Program-made: the position numbers and the translations under genes
Part shown: piece by piece, positions 20,854 through 30,264 of the stretch
How positions within the stretch are numbered: the first letter of the stretch is position 1
How the letters are laid out: each line of letters begins with the position of its first letter
The notes under the pieces: model-generated
Databases searched by the model: none
The model's input: the letters and a program-made list of their open reading frames with translations, nothing else
Told to the model about the DNA's origin: nothing
IMG/VR virus record: IMGVR_UViG_2721755720_000004
Origin: a virus
Taxonomy: Duplodnaviria > Heunggongvirae > Uroviricota > Caudoviricetes
Reading direction: 5' to 3' (one strand)
DNA length: 48,041 bases

Positions 20854-21056
20854 AACCTCACTCCCAGCGGACGACGGCGACACCGGGTTGTCCCCAGTAC
20901 CGACTCCGCATCATTAATCGCCCGGTTAAGCTCATCCAGAGAAGCCGCCGTATATTCAATTCTGCGACCATCTTTCTGGACAGACACCACCCGTTTACCG
21001 GTTAATAAATCAAGGCGCGCCTGACGCAGCGCCTGCAGTTCAGCGACTGTAACCAT
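20850..21056 (-). CDS. W: head completion protein W
   Basis: 68 aa, ...LLTGKRVVSVQKDGRRIEYTAASL... resembles lambda W; lies between A and B. Confidence 0.85.
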   Translation of the reverse strand: MVTVAELQALRQARLDLLTGKRVVSVQKDGRRIEYTAASLDELNRAINDAESVLGTTRCRRRPLGVRL

Positions 21057-22968
21057 TCACTCCTCCGGACAGCTTCGCTGCCAGTTCTTTAAGGGTTGGC
21101 CGGGTCGTCTCTTCTTCCCGGGATTTTGCCAGTACAGCCAGATCAAGCTGCCAGCGTTGCACGGACACACGTAATGCCGCGTAGGCATACACCAGGCAGT
21201 CCAGCGCTTCGTTACGCCGCTTTTTGTTATCCCACAGCAGACGCATCTTTCCTTTTTCCCACTTCTCCACAAGCTCCTCCGCGACCAGTTGCTGCGCCTC
21301 TGTCTGCGAAAAAATCTCCGGATCATCAGGAAAACGGATGGCATATGACGTGGCTTCATCCGCAGGCATGGGATCGGCTTTCATACGGGCATAGAGAATT
21401 TCTTTTGCGGTGTCCGTCCCCACTTCACACAGATACACGCCCCGCTGATTGCGGGTTTTTGGCATGGTGATCACCGGCTTGCCATAGACAGATGCGCCTT
21501 TTACCGGCAGCACCCGGAAAACACCGTGTTTTTTTGACCTCTGATAAACGATTTCGCCATCGATCCCCCCGGTGTCCCAGCAGACACGGGAAATGGTTAT
21601 TTCGGTACCGTCTGCATGGCGGTATTTTTTGTTGATCGCCGCATCCACACGTAACAGCGTCTCTTCCTCATCAGGACGCCCCATAATGATGATTTTATCC
21701 ACCAGAAAGGCTTCCTCTCCCGGAGCCCATCCCCAGACATACATCTCAAAACGGTTTCGCTGCGAGTCAATACCCGCCGTCAGATAAACCACCCGGGCAG
21801 GCACCGCCGCCGTGTAATGAACAACCTTATCCATCAGTACCTGGTGATCGAGTTTTTCGCCCACGGCCTCTTCCCAGGTCTCGCCCAGCGTGGTGTTCAC
21901 AAAGGTTTTCAGGCCGTTGGGATCTTTCAGTGCATCCAGCCAGTCATAGACAATCTGTACCCAGGTGGTGAACGGACTGTACGCCGTCCAGATATGGAAC
22001 GTGATGGAGCGCGGCGGCGGAATTTCATTACCCGCAGCGCTGAAAAACGTCAGACCGTCACGGGTCCACATGCCCGTGTTTTCACAGATCCACCGCCCGT
22101 TGCTCTGGTCAAGTTCAGACTGACGGATCACGCAACCATTATGTTCACAGAGGTAGAAAACACTTTCGGGTCTGTCCTTCTCCCATTTAAGGCCAAAAGG
22201 CGTGGACTCATCGCCAAATTTCAGATACTGCTCCTCCCCACAGTGCGGGCAGGGCACATAAAAACGCATGAAATGTGCCGACTCGTTAGCGGCTTTTTCG
22301 ATCTGGCAGGTGCCTTTGATTTTAGGCGTCGAGCCGCGAATGGATTTTGGCCATACAGAGCCCTCAATACGTTTATCCCCCAGCAGGGTTGGCGAACCCT
22401 CTTTTTCGACATCCGGCTCGAACGAGGAAAGCTCGTCATAACAGACCACATCCACGGATTTTTCACGGTAGTTTTTGGCGGCAGCACCACCCAGGCACCA
22501 GAAGCCCACACCCGATGAAAAGCGTTTCAGCGTGAGAGTATTATCACGATGTTTACGACCCAGCCATGGGGAAAGGTCTTTCAGGCATGGCACGTCCCGA
22601 ATCGTCGCCTCCACATGAGACTTCATAAAATCTTCAGCGGCAGAATCCGTAGGCTGAAAAAGCAGACTGTTTCGGGATTTATGCTCAATAAAATACCCGA
22701 TCACCCCCAGCAACATCTTTGTATAGCCAACACGGGCAGATTTAATCAGATTAACAGTGCGGCTCTGATCATTCCCCATACTGTTCATGATGGCGATCTG
22801 GAATGGCAGCGTTTTCCATTCGCCGTCACCGTATGAGGATTCTTTAGGCAGATAATAATTTTGATCAGCCCATTCAACTGCCGTCATCGGTACAACCCTG
22901 ACCAGAGGCTGCAGCGCAACCGAAACGGCAGCCATCATATTATTCAGTTGTTGCTCTGATATATTCAT
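21040..22968 (-). CDS. A: terminase large subunit A
   Basis: Start set at MNISEQQ; TAVEWAD, GGAAAKNYREKSVDV and TGGIDGEIVYQRSKKHG regions match lambda gpA. Confidence 0.95.
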   Translation of the reverse strand: MNISEQQLNNMMAAVSVALQPLVRVVPMTAVEWADQNYYLPKESSYGDGEWKTLPFQIAIMNSMGNDQSRTVNLIKSARVGYTKMLLGVIGYFIEHKSRNSLLFQPTDSAAEDFMKSHVEATIRDVPCLKDLSPWLGRKHRDNTLTLKRFSSGVGFWCLGGAAAKNYREKSVDVVCYDELSSFEPDVEKEGSPTLLGDKRIEGSVWPKSIRGSTPKIKGTCQIEKAANESAHFMRFYVPCPHCGEEQYLKFGDESTPFGLKWEKDRPESVFYLCEHNGCVIRQSELDQSNGRWICENTGMWTRDGLTFFSAAGNEIPPPRSITFHIWTAYSPFTTWVQIVYDWLDALKDPNGLKTFVNTTLGETWEEAVGEKLDHQVLMDKVVHYTAAVPARVVYLTAGIDSQRNRFEMYVWGWAPGEEAFLVDKIIIMGRPDEEETLLRVDAAINKKYRHADGTEITISRVCWDTGGIDGEIVYQRSKKHGVFRVLPVKGASVYGKPVITMPKTRNQRGVYLCEVGTDTAKEILYARMKADPMPADEATSYAIRFPDDPEIFSQTEAQQLVAEELVEKWEKGKMRLLWDNKKRRNEALDCLVYAYAALRVSVQRWQLDLAVLAKSREEETTRPTLKELAAKLSGGVNGYSR

Positions 22969-23449
22969 CAAGTAAATCCGGTAATTTATCCCCTGCCCGC
23001 GCACACTGATTTGCGCCCTTTGCAATAAGGGTTTTCAGATGTTCAATATGACGTGGCGTTAAATCCGGGAACTGTCGCTGCATGGATAAAGGGATGGAAT
23101 CAAGCGTACTGGATAACGCCATTGCCAGCTTACTGAGGGCAAAAATACAGAATCCGGTGTCGATCAGTTTTCCTTTTGACACCTCATTTTTTAGCTGTTG
23201 TGTAACGGCCTGTTCTGCTGTCAGTTCCCATCTGGCAATAAGCAATTTCTCTTCATAATCTTCTTCCGGCTCACCATCAGACACATCGTTTTTACTTCTC
23301 CTCAGATACGATATGTAAAAATCACGCCAGGCATCCAGATCCAGTTGCCCTCGCTTATTCGAGACCGGAGCACCCGGTAATTTCTGCAATCTGCGAAGCT
23401 GGCGATCGGTCAGACTTAAATGCCTGGCAACTTCAGTCTGCGTAGCCAC
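22940..23449 (-). CDS. Nu1: terminase small subunit Nu1-like
   Basis: 169 aa with N-terminal helix-turn-helix (TQTEVARHLSLTDRQLRRL); first gene downstream of cosN; overlaps the start of A. Confidence 0.8.
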   Translation of the reverse strand: MATQTEVARHLSLTDRQLRRLQKLPGAPVSNKRGQLDLDAWRDFYISYLRRSKNDVSDGEPEEDYEEKLLIARWELTAEQAVTQQLKNEVSKGKLIDTGFCIFALSKLAMALSSTLDSIPLSMQRQFPDLTPRHIEHLKTLIAKGANQCARAGDKLPDLLDEYIRATTE

Positions 23450-23632
23450 TCCTCACCTCGCAAAAACTCTCACCTCACAATCACGACAAAACCGGTCATG
23501 TCCGGTTCACATGCTCATTTTTTGCGCATGTCCGGTTCACAGAAGACCTGTTTTTATATTTTTCATATAGTTAACTTGCAGAGAAACCGGACATGGATCC
23601 CGGAAAATTTTCATAAATAGTGAAAACGCGCG

Positions 23633-23644
23633 AGGTCGCCGCCC
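23633..23644 (-). other. cosN cohesive-end site (lambda type)
   Basis: Plus strand AGGTCGCCGCCC is the reverse complement of GGGCGGCGACCT, the lambda 12-nt cohesive end; sits about 185 bp upstream of Nu1. Confidence 0.8.
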
Positions 23645-23843
23645 CGTAGCCTGCCGGATCGCCGGAAAGGACCCACAAAATGATAATAATTATCATCTAC
23701 ATGTCACAACGTGCATCTACGCCATCAAACCACGTCAAATAATCAATTATGACGCAGGTATCGTATTAATTGATCTGCATCAACTTAACGTAAAAACAAC
23801 TTCAGACAATACAAATCAACGACACTGAATACGGGGCAACCTC

Positions 23844-24038
23844 ATGTCAACTAAGAATAGAACCCGCAGAACAACAACCCGCAACATCCGCTTTCCTAAC
23901 CAAATGATTGAACAAATCAACATCGCTCTTGATCAAAAAGGGTCCGGGAATTTCTCAGCCTGGGTCATTGAAGCCTGCCGTCGGAGACTAACGTCAGAAA
24001 AGAGAGCATATACATCAATCCAAAGTGATGATGAATGA
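23844..24038 (+). CDS. small basic protein, possible ribbon-helix-helix DNA-binding protein
   Basis: 64 aa, Arg/Thr-rich N-terminus then NIRFPNQMIEQINIALDQKGSGNFSAWVIEACRRRL; first ORF of the AT-rich cassette between cos and Rz. Confidence 0.35.
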   Translation: MSTKNRTRRTTTRNIRFPNQMIEQINIALDQKGSGNFSAWVIEACRRRLTSEKRAYTSIQSDDE

Positions 24039-24403
24039 ACATCCCGGTTTCTTCCACCATCGCACCGGAAAAGCGACTATGAGGGTAACCCTGCGTCTGT
24101 CAGCACAGTAAAACCCGGTATGCATCGCTTTTGATTATCTCCGCACACTCGTGCAGAGGAGTATCCCGTAATGGCTGCGGTCTCTGTTAATGCGGGAACA
24201 CGGCGACAATACAGCGCCAGTTATGGGTATGAAAATCCTCACCAGCGCAAAGCTATATCAACCTGTAGTGATGCAAAATTACCCGTAGCAAAAGGTATCT
24301 CCGCACATATGCAAGAACACAGCCTTAAAAACTCAGATGAAATAATGATTTGTTAAGATTTATATTATATGTTCGACATGGTACAACACTTAAGGGATGA
24401 AAT

Positions 24404-24946
24404 ATGAACAGATACTCTAAACTTCAAATTCAATTACATTGGCTGACTCTCGTATTAATAGCTATAGCCTGTGCTGCAATGGAACTTCGAGGTTTGTTTC
24501 CTAAAGGGTCTTCCTCCTATTTGCTTATGAGAGAAACACATTACAATGCTGGTATATTTATTCTTCTACTGATGATAATAAGAGTAATTATCAATAATAA
24601 ATATATAACACCAGCTATTACGCCGCCCCCACCTGCATGGCAAATGATATCAGCCAAATTCATGCAAACCCTGTTATACATATCTTTTTTGGTGTTACCA
24701 GTATCAGGACTTGCAATCATGGTTTTTGGAGGTAAAGCATGGAGCCTTCTGGGGATTGATATTCCCACTTTCGCTAACACCGACGGAGAAGTAAAATCCG
24801 TAGCCAAAACTATTCATGAATCACTTGCAAATATTGGTTATTTATTAATCACACTCCATGCTGGCGCTGCATTAATTCATCATTATATTCAGAAGGACAA
24901 TACACTTGTCAGAATGCTCCCTGAGCACCAGCATGATAAAAAGTGA
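24404..24946 (+). CDS. cytochrome b561 family protein (CybB-like di-haem membrane protein)
   Basis: 180 aa; MNRYSKLQIQLHWLTLVLIA...MELRG and C-terminal HAGAALIHHYIQKDNTLVRMLP closely resemble E. coli CybB; four predicted transmembrane helices with conserved His; AT-rich. Confidence 0.85.
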   Translation: MNRYSKLQIQLHWLTLVLIAIACAAMELRGLFPKGSSSYLLMRETHYNAGIFILLLMIIRVIINNKYITPAITPPPPAWQMISAKFMQTLLYISFLVLPVSGLAIMVFGGKAWSLLGIDIPTFANTDGEVKSVAKTIHESLANIGYLLITLHAGAALIHHYIQKDNTLVRMLPEHQHDKK

Positions 24947-25020
24947 GGAAGAGAAGAATCATCACTCTGACAGGTATTTTATAATACCTGTCACACTCTG
25001 TACCTCAGTTTCAGTGACTA

Positions 25021-25527
25021 TTAATACGTCTCTGTCAGATAACTTGAATCTCTGACTGAATTATAAATGCGTTCACATGTCAATCCAGCGCGGTAATTTT
25101 CGTCAGCGCGTTTAGCATAATATCCAGCTTCTTCTGCAAGGCTTCCGAGCATGTCGGCGAGCATTGCGACGTTGCTTTCGATTGTTTTGCTTCTGACGGT
25201 AGCGGCAATATTTGCGGTATGCTCTGCCGCTTCCAGTCTGACGGTAAGCTTTGTTGCTTTTTCCCGCAACTGACTAACAGTGGCAGATAAACCAGCAGCA
25301 GTAGCATTGGCTTTGACAGCTTTCTCTTGTGCATCTTTGACAGCCTCATCACGGGCAACAATACGCCCCTGTTCAATCATCCTGACAGCAATCTGCGTAT
25401 TAACAATCTGCGACGACTCTTCACTGTCCCGCTCAGCCCATTTCGTTTGCCATTCTCTTTCACACCAGACATTTCCAGCAATAAATGAGCCAATTGACAG
25501 CAATACAATGGCCACAAGCTTAATCAA
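25021..25527 (-). CDS. Rz: i-spanin (Rz-like)
   Basis: 168 aa; N-terminal transmembrane helix then coiled-coil periplasmic domain; start overlaps the lysozyme stop. Confidence 0.7.
   Translation of the reverse strand: MIKLVAIVLLSIGSFIAGNVWCEREWQTKWAERDSEESSQIVNTQIAVRMIEQGRIVARDEAVKDAQEKAVKANATAAGLSATVSQLREKATKLTVRLEAAEHTANIAATVRSKTIESNVAMLADMLGSLAEEAGYYAKRADENYRAGLTCERIYNSVRDSSYLTETY
25080..25334 (-). CDS. Rz1: o-spanin (Rz1-like lipoprotein) embedded in the +1 frame of Rz
   Basis: Embedded ORF with signal peptide MHKRKLSKPMLLLLVYLPLLVSC (lipobox LVSC); start choice is tentative. Confidence 0.55.
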   Translation of the reverse strand: MHKRKLSKPMLLLLVYLPLLVSCGKKQQSLPSDWKRQSIPQILPLPSEAKQSKATSQCSPTCSEALQKKLDIMLNALTKITALD

Positions 25528-26057
25528 TTATCTATCCCCCAGCACGTCAGCATGCTTTCCTGGTCACGCCGTGATACCTGACCAGAGCAGTTGTTTGAGC
25601 GAATACGGCAGTCTTTGCCACCATCCTTAATCCACCAGCGAATCGCCTCGCAGGCACCTTTACGATCACCGGCATTAAGCCGCTTATAAAACGTCGACGG
25701 GAAACACTTACCTGGGCCAATGTTGTACGGACAGAACGACGCGATACCTGCTTTCTGCGGTTCAGTCAGCGGTACCTGGATATTTTCCTCCACCCACGCC
25801 AGCGCCTTATTGCGCTCGATGGCGTTCACCTGCTCGCATTTTGTCTTCGTCAGTTTCATGCCAGGAACGACAGGCTTACCGTCCACCATTGTGGCACCAC
25901 GGCAGATGGTCCAGATACCCGTACCATCACGGTATGCTGTTATGTGGTTGCCTTCCTTTTCATCCAGAAACTGGTCGAGAATTTCAGGCGCAGAAGCCCC
26001 TGCGGCAATCAGCGCCAGAACGGCAGCCGACAGGCCGTATCTGATTTTTGTGTTCAT
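25524..26057 (-). CDS. R: endolysin, T4/R21-type lysozyme with N-terminal signal-arrest-release (SAR) segment
   Basis: 177 aa; weakly hydrophobic Gly/Ala-rich N-terminus (GLSAAVLALIAAGASA) then E-8aa-D-5aa-T catalytic spacing (EGNHITAYRDGTGIWT); resembles DLP12 RrrD / phage 21 R. Confidence 0.9.
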   Translation of the reverse strand: MNTKIRYGLSAAVLALIAAGASAPEILDQFLDEKEGNHITAYRDGTGIWTICRGATMVDGKPVVPGMKLTKTKCEQVNAIERNKALAWVEENIQVPLTEPQKAGIASFCPYNIGPGKCFPSTFYKRLNAGDRKGACEAIRWWIKDGGKDCRIRSNNCSGQVSRRDQESMLTCWGIDN

Positions 26058-26174
26058 GGGGATTTATCGTTTTTTAATCTCTTGATATGTTAAGTATATA
26101 ATCCAACACTCATGGCAGGTCTCATAAACATATCCCTTGAGACACAACAGATAACAACAAATGAGGCCTTATAA

Positions 26175-26489
26175 ATGAACAGTAAAGAAAGTTTGCGCAG
26201 AAGATTTTTACAACTAATGACAGAAAACGTTAAATCAGAGTTACTTCTTCAGATGGCGGACAATAACGAAGTAACGAGCAGCATTCTTGCAGACCCTTAC
26301 GGTAAACTCTCACATAAAACGCTTGATATTATTACCACAACATTAACACCACTGATGCTTCAACGGCTGAAACATAATATCAACGCATGGGTTAATGAAG
26401 AATTAAGTCCTCCCTGCTTATGGGATTCTCGTTACGCATGTCAGCAAAAAATGCGAATTTTCAACTTACTATCACCAAAGCTCAGGTAG
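26175..26489 (+). CDS. hypothetical protein on the opposite strand, inserted between holin and endolysin
   Basis: 104 aa, AT-rich; own TATAAT-like -10 (tatataat) and GAGG ribosome-binding site upstream; no recognisable motif. Confidence 0.4.
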   Translation: MNSKESLRRRFLQLMTENVKSELLLQMADNNEVTSSILADPYGKLSHKTLDIITTTLTPLMLQRLKHNINAWVNEELSPPCLWDSRYACQQKMRIFNLLSPKLR

Positions 26490-26744
26490 CCATAAAATCC
26501 TGCCCTTCATGGCATACAGGATATCAATGGAATCACAATGACCGCCTCTTGCACAGCTGTGTCCCTGACACCCCGACAACTCAAATTTTCAGTATCTTCT
26601 GCTATCTAAAGAGAAAGCATACAAAGTCAAGGACCTTTCATCACATCCTGTTATTGATTGCCTGTTACCTTTGCATACCTCAGGGAACGTTTTTTCAGTT
26701 AGAAATATTCATTTTACAACCAGTTCGTATTTTTTATTCATCGA

Positions 26745-26960
26745 CTACTCTCCCCGCGCCGCCTTACGACGGTCCTCTTTAATCTTGAAGTACAGGTTCG
26801 TCAGGTACGTTAACAGACCAAACAGCAGACTCCCCAGCACGCCTATTGCCGCCCACTGAGACGGGGATACCCTGTCCAGCAACTGCAGGAACCAGTATCC
26901 CGTCCCCACCGCAGACGTGGTGTATGACACACCTGTTGTGATTTTTTCCATCTGGTACAT
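26745..26960 (-). CDS. S: holin, S21-type pinholin
   Basis: 71 aa; ...[51 protein letters not shown] closely resembles the phage 21 / DLP12 pinholin. Confidence 0.85.
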   Translation of the reverse strand: MYQMEKITTGVSYTTSAVGTGYWFLQLLDRVSPSQWAAIGVLGSLLFGLLTYLTNLYFKIKEDRRKAARGE

Positions 26961-27037
26961 ATCCCCGCCTCCCGTTCACCGGAAGCGCACGATAATAAAA
27001 GACCACCGCAATATGCTGGTGGCCTGTGCGTCATGTA

Positions 27038-27343
27038 TCACAGCATGGTTGCTGGCTCCGGCTGCAGAACATCATTTGGTTGTTCCTCACCACCGGTTTG
27101 TGCCTCAGGTCGTTCGCTGCTGTTTTCCACCGGAGAATCTGCTGTATTCTCACCATCCCCTGCCTGTGGCGCAGATGCCCCCTCAGCAGGTCCGATAAGC
27201 TCATCCAGAATCGCTTCCACATCCGCATCAATCTGAGCCTCAAACGTTTTACGGATAGACGCTTTCAGCGTCCCGCGGACTTCTTCAGTGCGCAGCGCTG
27301 ACTTCACTGCATCAGCAGTGACCAGTTTTTTCATTTCTGTCAT
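27038..27343 (-). CDS. hypothetical acidic protein upstream of holin
   Basis: Start set at MTEMKKL; basic N-terminal half, acidic Pro/Glu-rich C-terminus; no motif recognised. Confidence 0.4.
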   Translation of the reverse strand: MTEMKKLVTADAVKSALRTEEVRGTLKASIRKTFEAQIDADVEAILDELIGPAEGASAPQAGDGENTADSPVENSSERPEAQTGGEEQPNDVLQPEPATML

Positions 27344-27368
27344 GGTTTTTTCTCGCTGTAAGATGTGA

Positions 27369-27545
27369 TTACGGGAGGGACGTGGACTTTGGCTCTGCTG
27401 ACTGACCGGCACTGATTTTTTCAGCCGCCATGGCATCAATCTTTTTACAGATGTAGTTTCGGATGATTTTATAACCGCCACTAACCAGATACAGTGCACA
27501 CACAGCCGTACAGAAATACAGCTGTATTTGCTGAATAAATGACAT
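27369..27545 (-). CDS. small hydrophobic protein (58 aa), below the ORF-track cut-off
   Basis: Hand-translated MSFIQQIQLYFCTAVCALYLVSGGYKIIRNYICKKIDAMAAEKISAGQSAEPKSTSLP; one predicted transmembrane helix. Confidence 0.3.
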   Translation of the reverse strand: MSFIQQIQLYFCTAVCALYLVSGGYKIIRNYICKKIDAMAAEKISAGQSAEPKSTSLP

Positions 27546-27707
27546 ATACCCTTACCTTTAATATTGACTGGAGAAACAGTTTTAAGGTAAAAAATTACTG
27601 AGTTAATGGTTATCTCTTATTGCAAGCATTGTATCCCTTTATGGGTTGTGAATATCACCCGCCAGTCAACAAATGGCTCTTTGACCGGCGGGATTTTTTT
27701 ATCCTGC

Positions 27708-29642
27708 TTACGCGTTATTCACTTCCACCACAATGCTGTCAATCAGCACCGGGTATGTTGCACCATTAGTGATATCGGTCACACGCAACTTGTCTGCCGT
27801 AAAAATTCCGACAGTGGACTGCGACAGCATGAACGGCGTCCCGTCCTTACCATCAATGACCGGCGTCACCTCAATACTGTTGTTACCGGCGAAACGGAAG
27901 CCCAACGTATGCCATTCGTTATTAAATGCACCGAATGACCCCAGTTTCATGTTTTGCGCCGTATCGCCCTTGTGGTACATCACGTTAAGGTCTGTCGCAT
28001 CGCTCTGAACGTAAAAAGATGCCAGCAGGTTATGACCAGCATTACCTTCCAGGGTAACCCCTTGTGGCAGGGCAGAAACCGGCCAGTACAGCGCCAGTGC
28101 GTACTGATTAGCCGTAAGCGCGCCATCAAGTTTAAAACGACAACTGACAAGGCCGCCTTTGCCCAGCAGGTCGGCACCATTACCGGCATCATGTTCCAGG
28201 TACCAGGAGGATTTTCCCGTCGCTTTGGTAAGCTTCATCGCCTTACCTCCACTGGCTCCGGCATCATCCACAACAGCGGCACTACCTCCGCCAGCCCCCC
28301 AGCCCTGTGGAGTCAGTTGTCCTTCCGAATCGCTGGCCCTGTATGCAAACAGTGTTGTCATCCCGGTAGTTTCACCCGGTGATGTTGATGGAGTGTCAGG
28401 TGATGGCTTCTCATCCGGTGGTGTCACGGCCTGCCCGCCCAGCAGTTCAGCCGTGCGCCCTGCATGGAGCAGAATAGAGGAGGCCAGACGGTCAGAAATG
28501 ATGCCCCTGCGTGCCCATGAACTGAAATGGCTGTCACGCTGTGTCGAGACAAAACTGCCCTGGGTACGGGATGCCGCACCGTAATACCCGACAGCCACAA
28601 TATCCGGATCTTCCGTCGGAGCATTCGTTGGCGTGTTCTGTCCATTCTCATCCGTCAGGAACGGTACAAAGAAAATATTCTGAGTTTCCTTGCCTTTGTA
28701 GCCACCGTATACCGCCTCATATTTATCGGTGCCAGCGTTTTTCCAGTAATATGTCGTATCACCACAAATCCACGGCACCGTGCCAGCATTTCCACTCACA
28801 CACTGCACAGCAAGCGGAGACAGGTCAGTTCTGAACTGCTGAACCATGGTCGTGAATAAACCATTATGCTGCTGACTTCCCGATGCAAGGTCTGCTTCTC
28901 CCTGCATCCAGACCACTGCCAGAAGTTTGTTTTTCGGGTTCTTCGCCAGCGCCGCTCTGGTACGGCTTACCAGGTCCTGATACAGAGGTTTACCGACTCC
29001 CCAGCGTGAAGAATCAGCGGAAGCACCGCTGGCCTCACTGAATGAACCGTCCGGCCCGGTGGTGAATGCTGACCCGCCACGGCAACAGGGCACCAGAAGT
29101 ATCCCGGCATTCTGCGGGATATAAGGCAGCAGTTTTTTGGCAATATGCAGCCCCTGACTCACACAACCATACTGCCCCTTGTTCAGGTCAGCTTTTGGGT
29201 GGTTTATCCCGCTCATGTCCTGCACATCATGCAGGCAGTGGTCTGCCGGAATGATGTCATTGTATTTACACGGCGTACCACCTGGCGTGACCGTGCTGCG
29301 GCGTGCCAGTTGCTTAATCCGTGGGTCCGGGCGGTCAAATGAATCCGGTAACGGAAGCCCTTCACCATAGGCCATGCCATTTGACTGCCCCGCCAGAACA
29401 ACAACAAAGTAATATTCTGGCTCACTGACTGTGCTCATTACCGTACCGCTGTCACCCGACGGCTTCACCACAACAGGCGTGGTGACATCACCCTCCGCTG
29501 CAATCGCCTGCATCAGGGTATAAGGCGTAATAGCAACCGGACTGCCAAACGGCTGCCAGCCTTCCTTCAGTTTTTGTGACAGTCGCTCCGCAAGCTCTGA
29601 CGGTGAAGCCGCCCTGACCACACCATAATGCTTAAATGTCAT
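27708..29642 (-). CDS. nanS: sialate O-acetylesterase, prophage NanS-p type (N-terminal DUF1737-like domain, SGNH/SASA esterase core, C-terminal lectin-like domain)
   Basis: Start set at MTFKHYGVV, preceded by GGGAGGAG; LAGQSNGMAYGEG (GQSN esterase motif); size and position downstream of the late tRNAs as in Stx-phage nanS-p genes. Confidence 0.85.
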   Translation of the reverse strand: MTFKHYGVVRAASPSELAERLSQKLKEGWQPFGSPVAITPYTLMQAIAAEGDVTTPVVVKPSGDSGTVMSTVSEPEYYFVVVLAGQSNGMAYGEGLPLPDSFDRPDPRIKQLARRSTVTPGGTPCKYNDIIPADHCLHDVQDMSGINHPKADLNKGQYGCVSQGLHIAKKLLPYIPQNAGILLVPCCRGGSAFTTGPDGSFSEASGASADSSRWGVGKPLYQDLVSRTRAALAKNPKNKLLAVVWMQGEADLASGSQQHNGLFTTMVQQFRTDLSPLAVQCVSGNAGTVPWICGDTTYYWKNAGTDKYEAVYGGYKGKETQNIFFVPFLTDENGQNTPTNAPTEDPDIVAVGYYGAASRTQGSFVSTQRDSHFSSWARRGIISDRLASSILLHAGRTAELLGGQAVTPPDEKPSPDTPSTSPGETTGMTTLFAYRASDSEGQLTPQGWGAGGGSAAVVDDAGASGGKAMKLTKATGKSSWYLEHDAGNGADLLGKGGLVSCRFKLDGALTANQYALALYWPVSALPQGVTLEGNAGHNLLASFYVQSDATDLNVMYHKGDTAQNMKLGSFGAFNNEWHTLGFRFAGNNSIEVTPVIDGKDGTPFMLSQSTVGIFTADKLRVTDITNGATYPVLIDSIVVEVNNA

Positions 29643-29814
29643 TGCTCCTCCCGGACGGGATAATGTGTTAACTAAGATGAGAGAGCAGGTGACAGCCCCG
29701 GCCGCATGAAAGTTCTGAGAGGGAAGTGCTGCCTGCTGCTCCATTGCACAGATTAATTACTGTCTGGTAGTATTCAGTGGCTGATTAGAATACTTCACAT
29801 TTTGTTATTTTGTG

Positions 29815-29846
29815 CAGCCCGTTACCATTCGTAGCGGGCTTTTTTT
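29815..29846 (+). terminator. intrinsic terminator (plus strand)
   Basis: Hairpin GCCCG...CGGGC followed by TTTTTTT (gcccgttaccattcgtagcgggcttttttt). Confidence 0.5.
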
Positions 29847-29849
29847 GTC

Positions 29850-29876
29850 CATAAAAAAGCCCCTCCGGAGAGGGGC
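29850..29876 (-). terminator. intrinsic terminator (minus strand) about 30 nt downstream of repeat unit 1
   Basis: Minus strand GCCCCTCTCCGGAGGGGC then TTTTTT; 7-bp GC-rich stem with 4-nt loop. Confidence 0.6.
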
Positions 29877-29907
29877 ATACTAGCTATATATCCATTTATC
29901 ATTGGCT

Positions 29908-30037
29908 GCGTGGTGCCGGGTGCCTCCCGGTGAGCTCAGTCTGGTGTCACTGAGCCCGCACATTCTCGATCCAAGTTATCGTCGGAGATAATACCTGATA
30001 CACCAGACGCCCCTCCGCACAGGGGGATTCACCACGC
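29908..30037 (-). ncRNA. candidate structured small RNA, repeat unit 1 of 4
   Basis: 130 nt; terminal 8 bp GCGTGGTG/CACCACGC pair; conserved GCCGGGTGCCTCCCGGTG and AGGGGGATTC motifs; variable centre with its own 9-bp stem (GTCTGGTGT/ACACCAGAC). Strand inferred from flanking terminator and one G-U wobble in unit 3. Confidence 0.45.
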
Positions 30038-30264
30038 GCAGAGAAGGATACTGAACACTATTTTCTCCAGGCAATATGCAATAACATGAAGTGTGAGATG
30101 ACTTACAATTATAAAAAACAGCCTACAGAATACTCCTAAATAAAGCCATATCAAAATGAGTAACACAAAAAGGAACCAGGCAAAAATTTACGAGCAGGTA
30201 TTATCCAGCAACAGTTCAGACGCCATAACTTATTGCCGATAGCTACCATCAATAATTTCTTTCA

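Noticed and set aside
24171-24356. 61-aa plus-strand ORF between the small basic ORF and cytochrome b561
   Set aside because: No ribosome-binding site, unusual composition; more likely promoter/leader sequence for the b561 gene.
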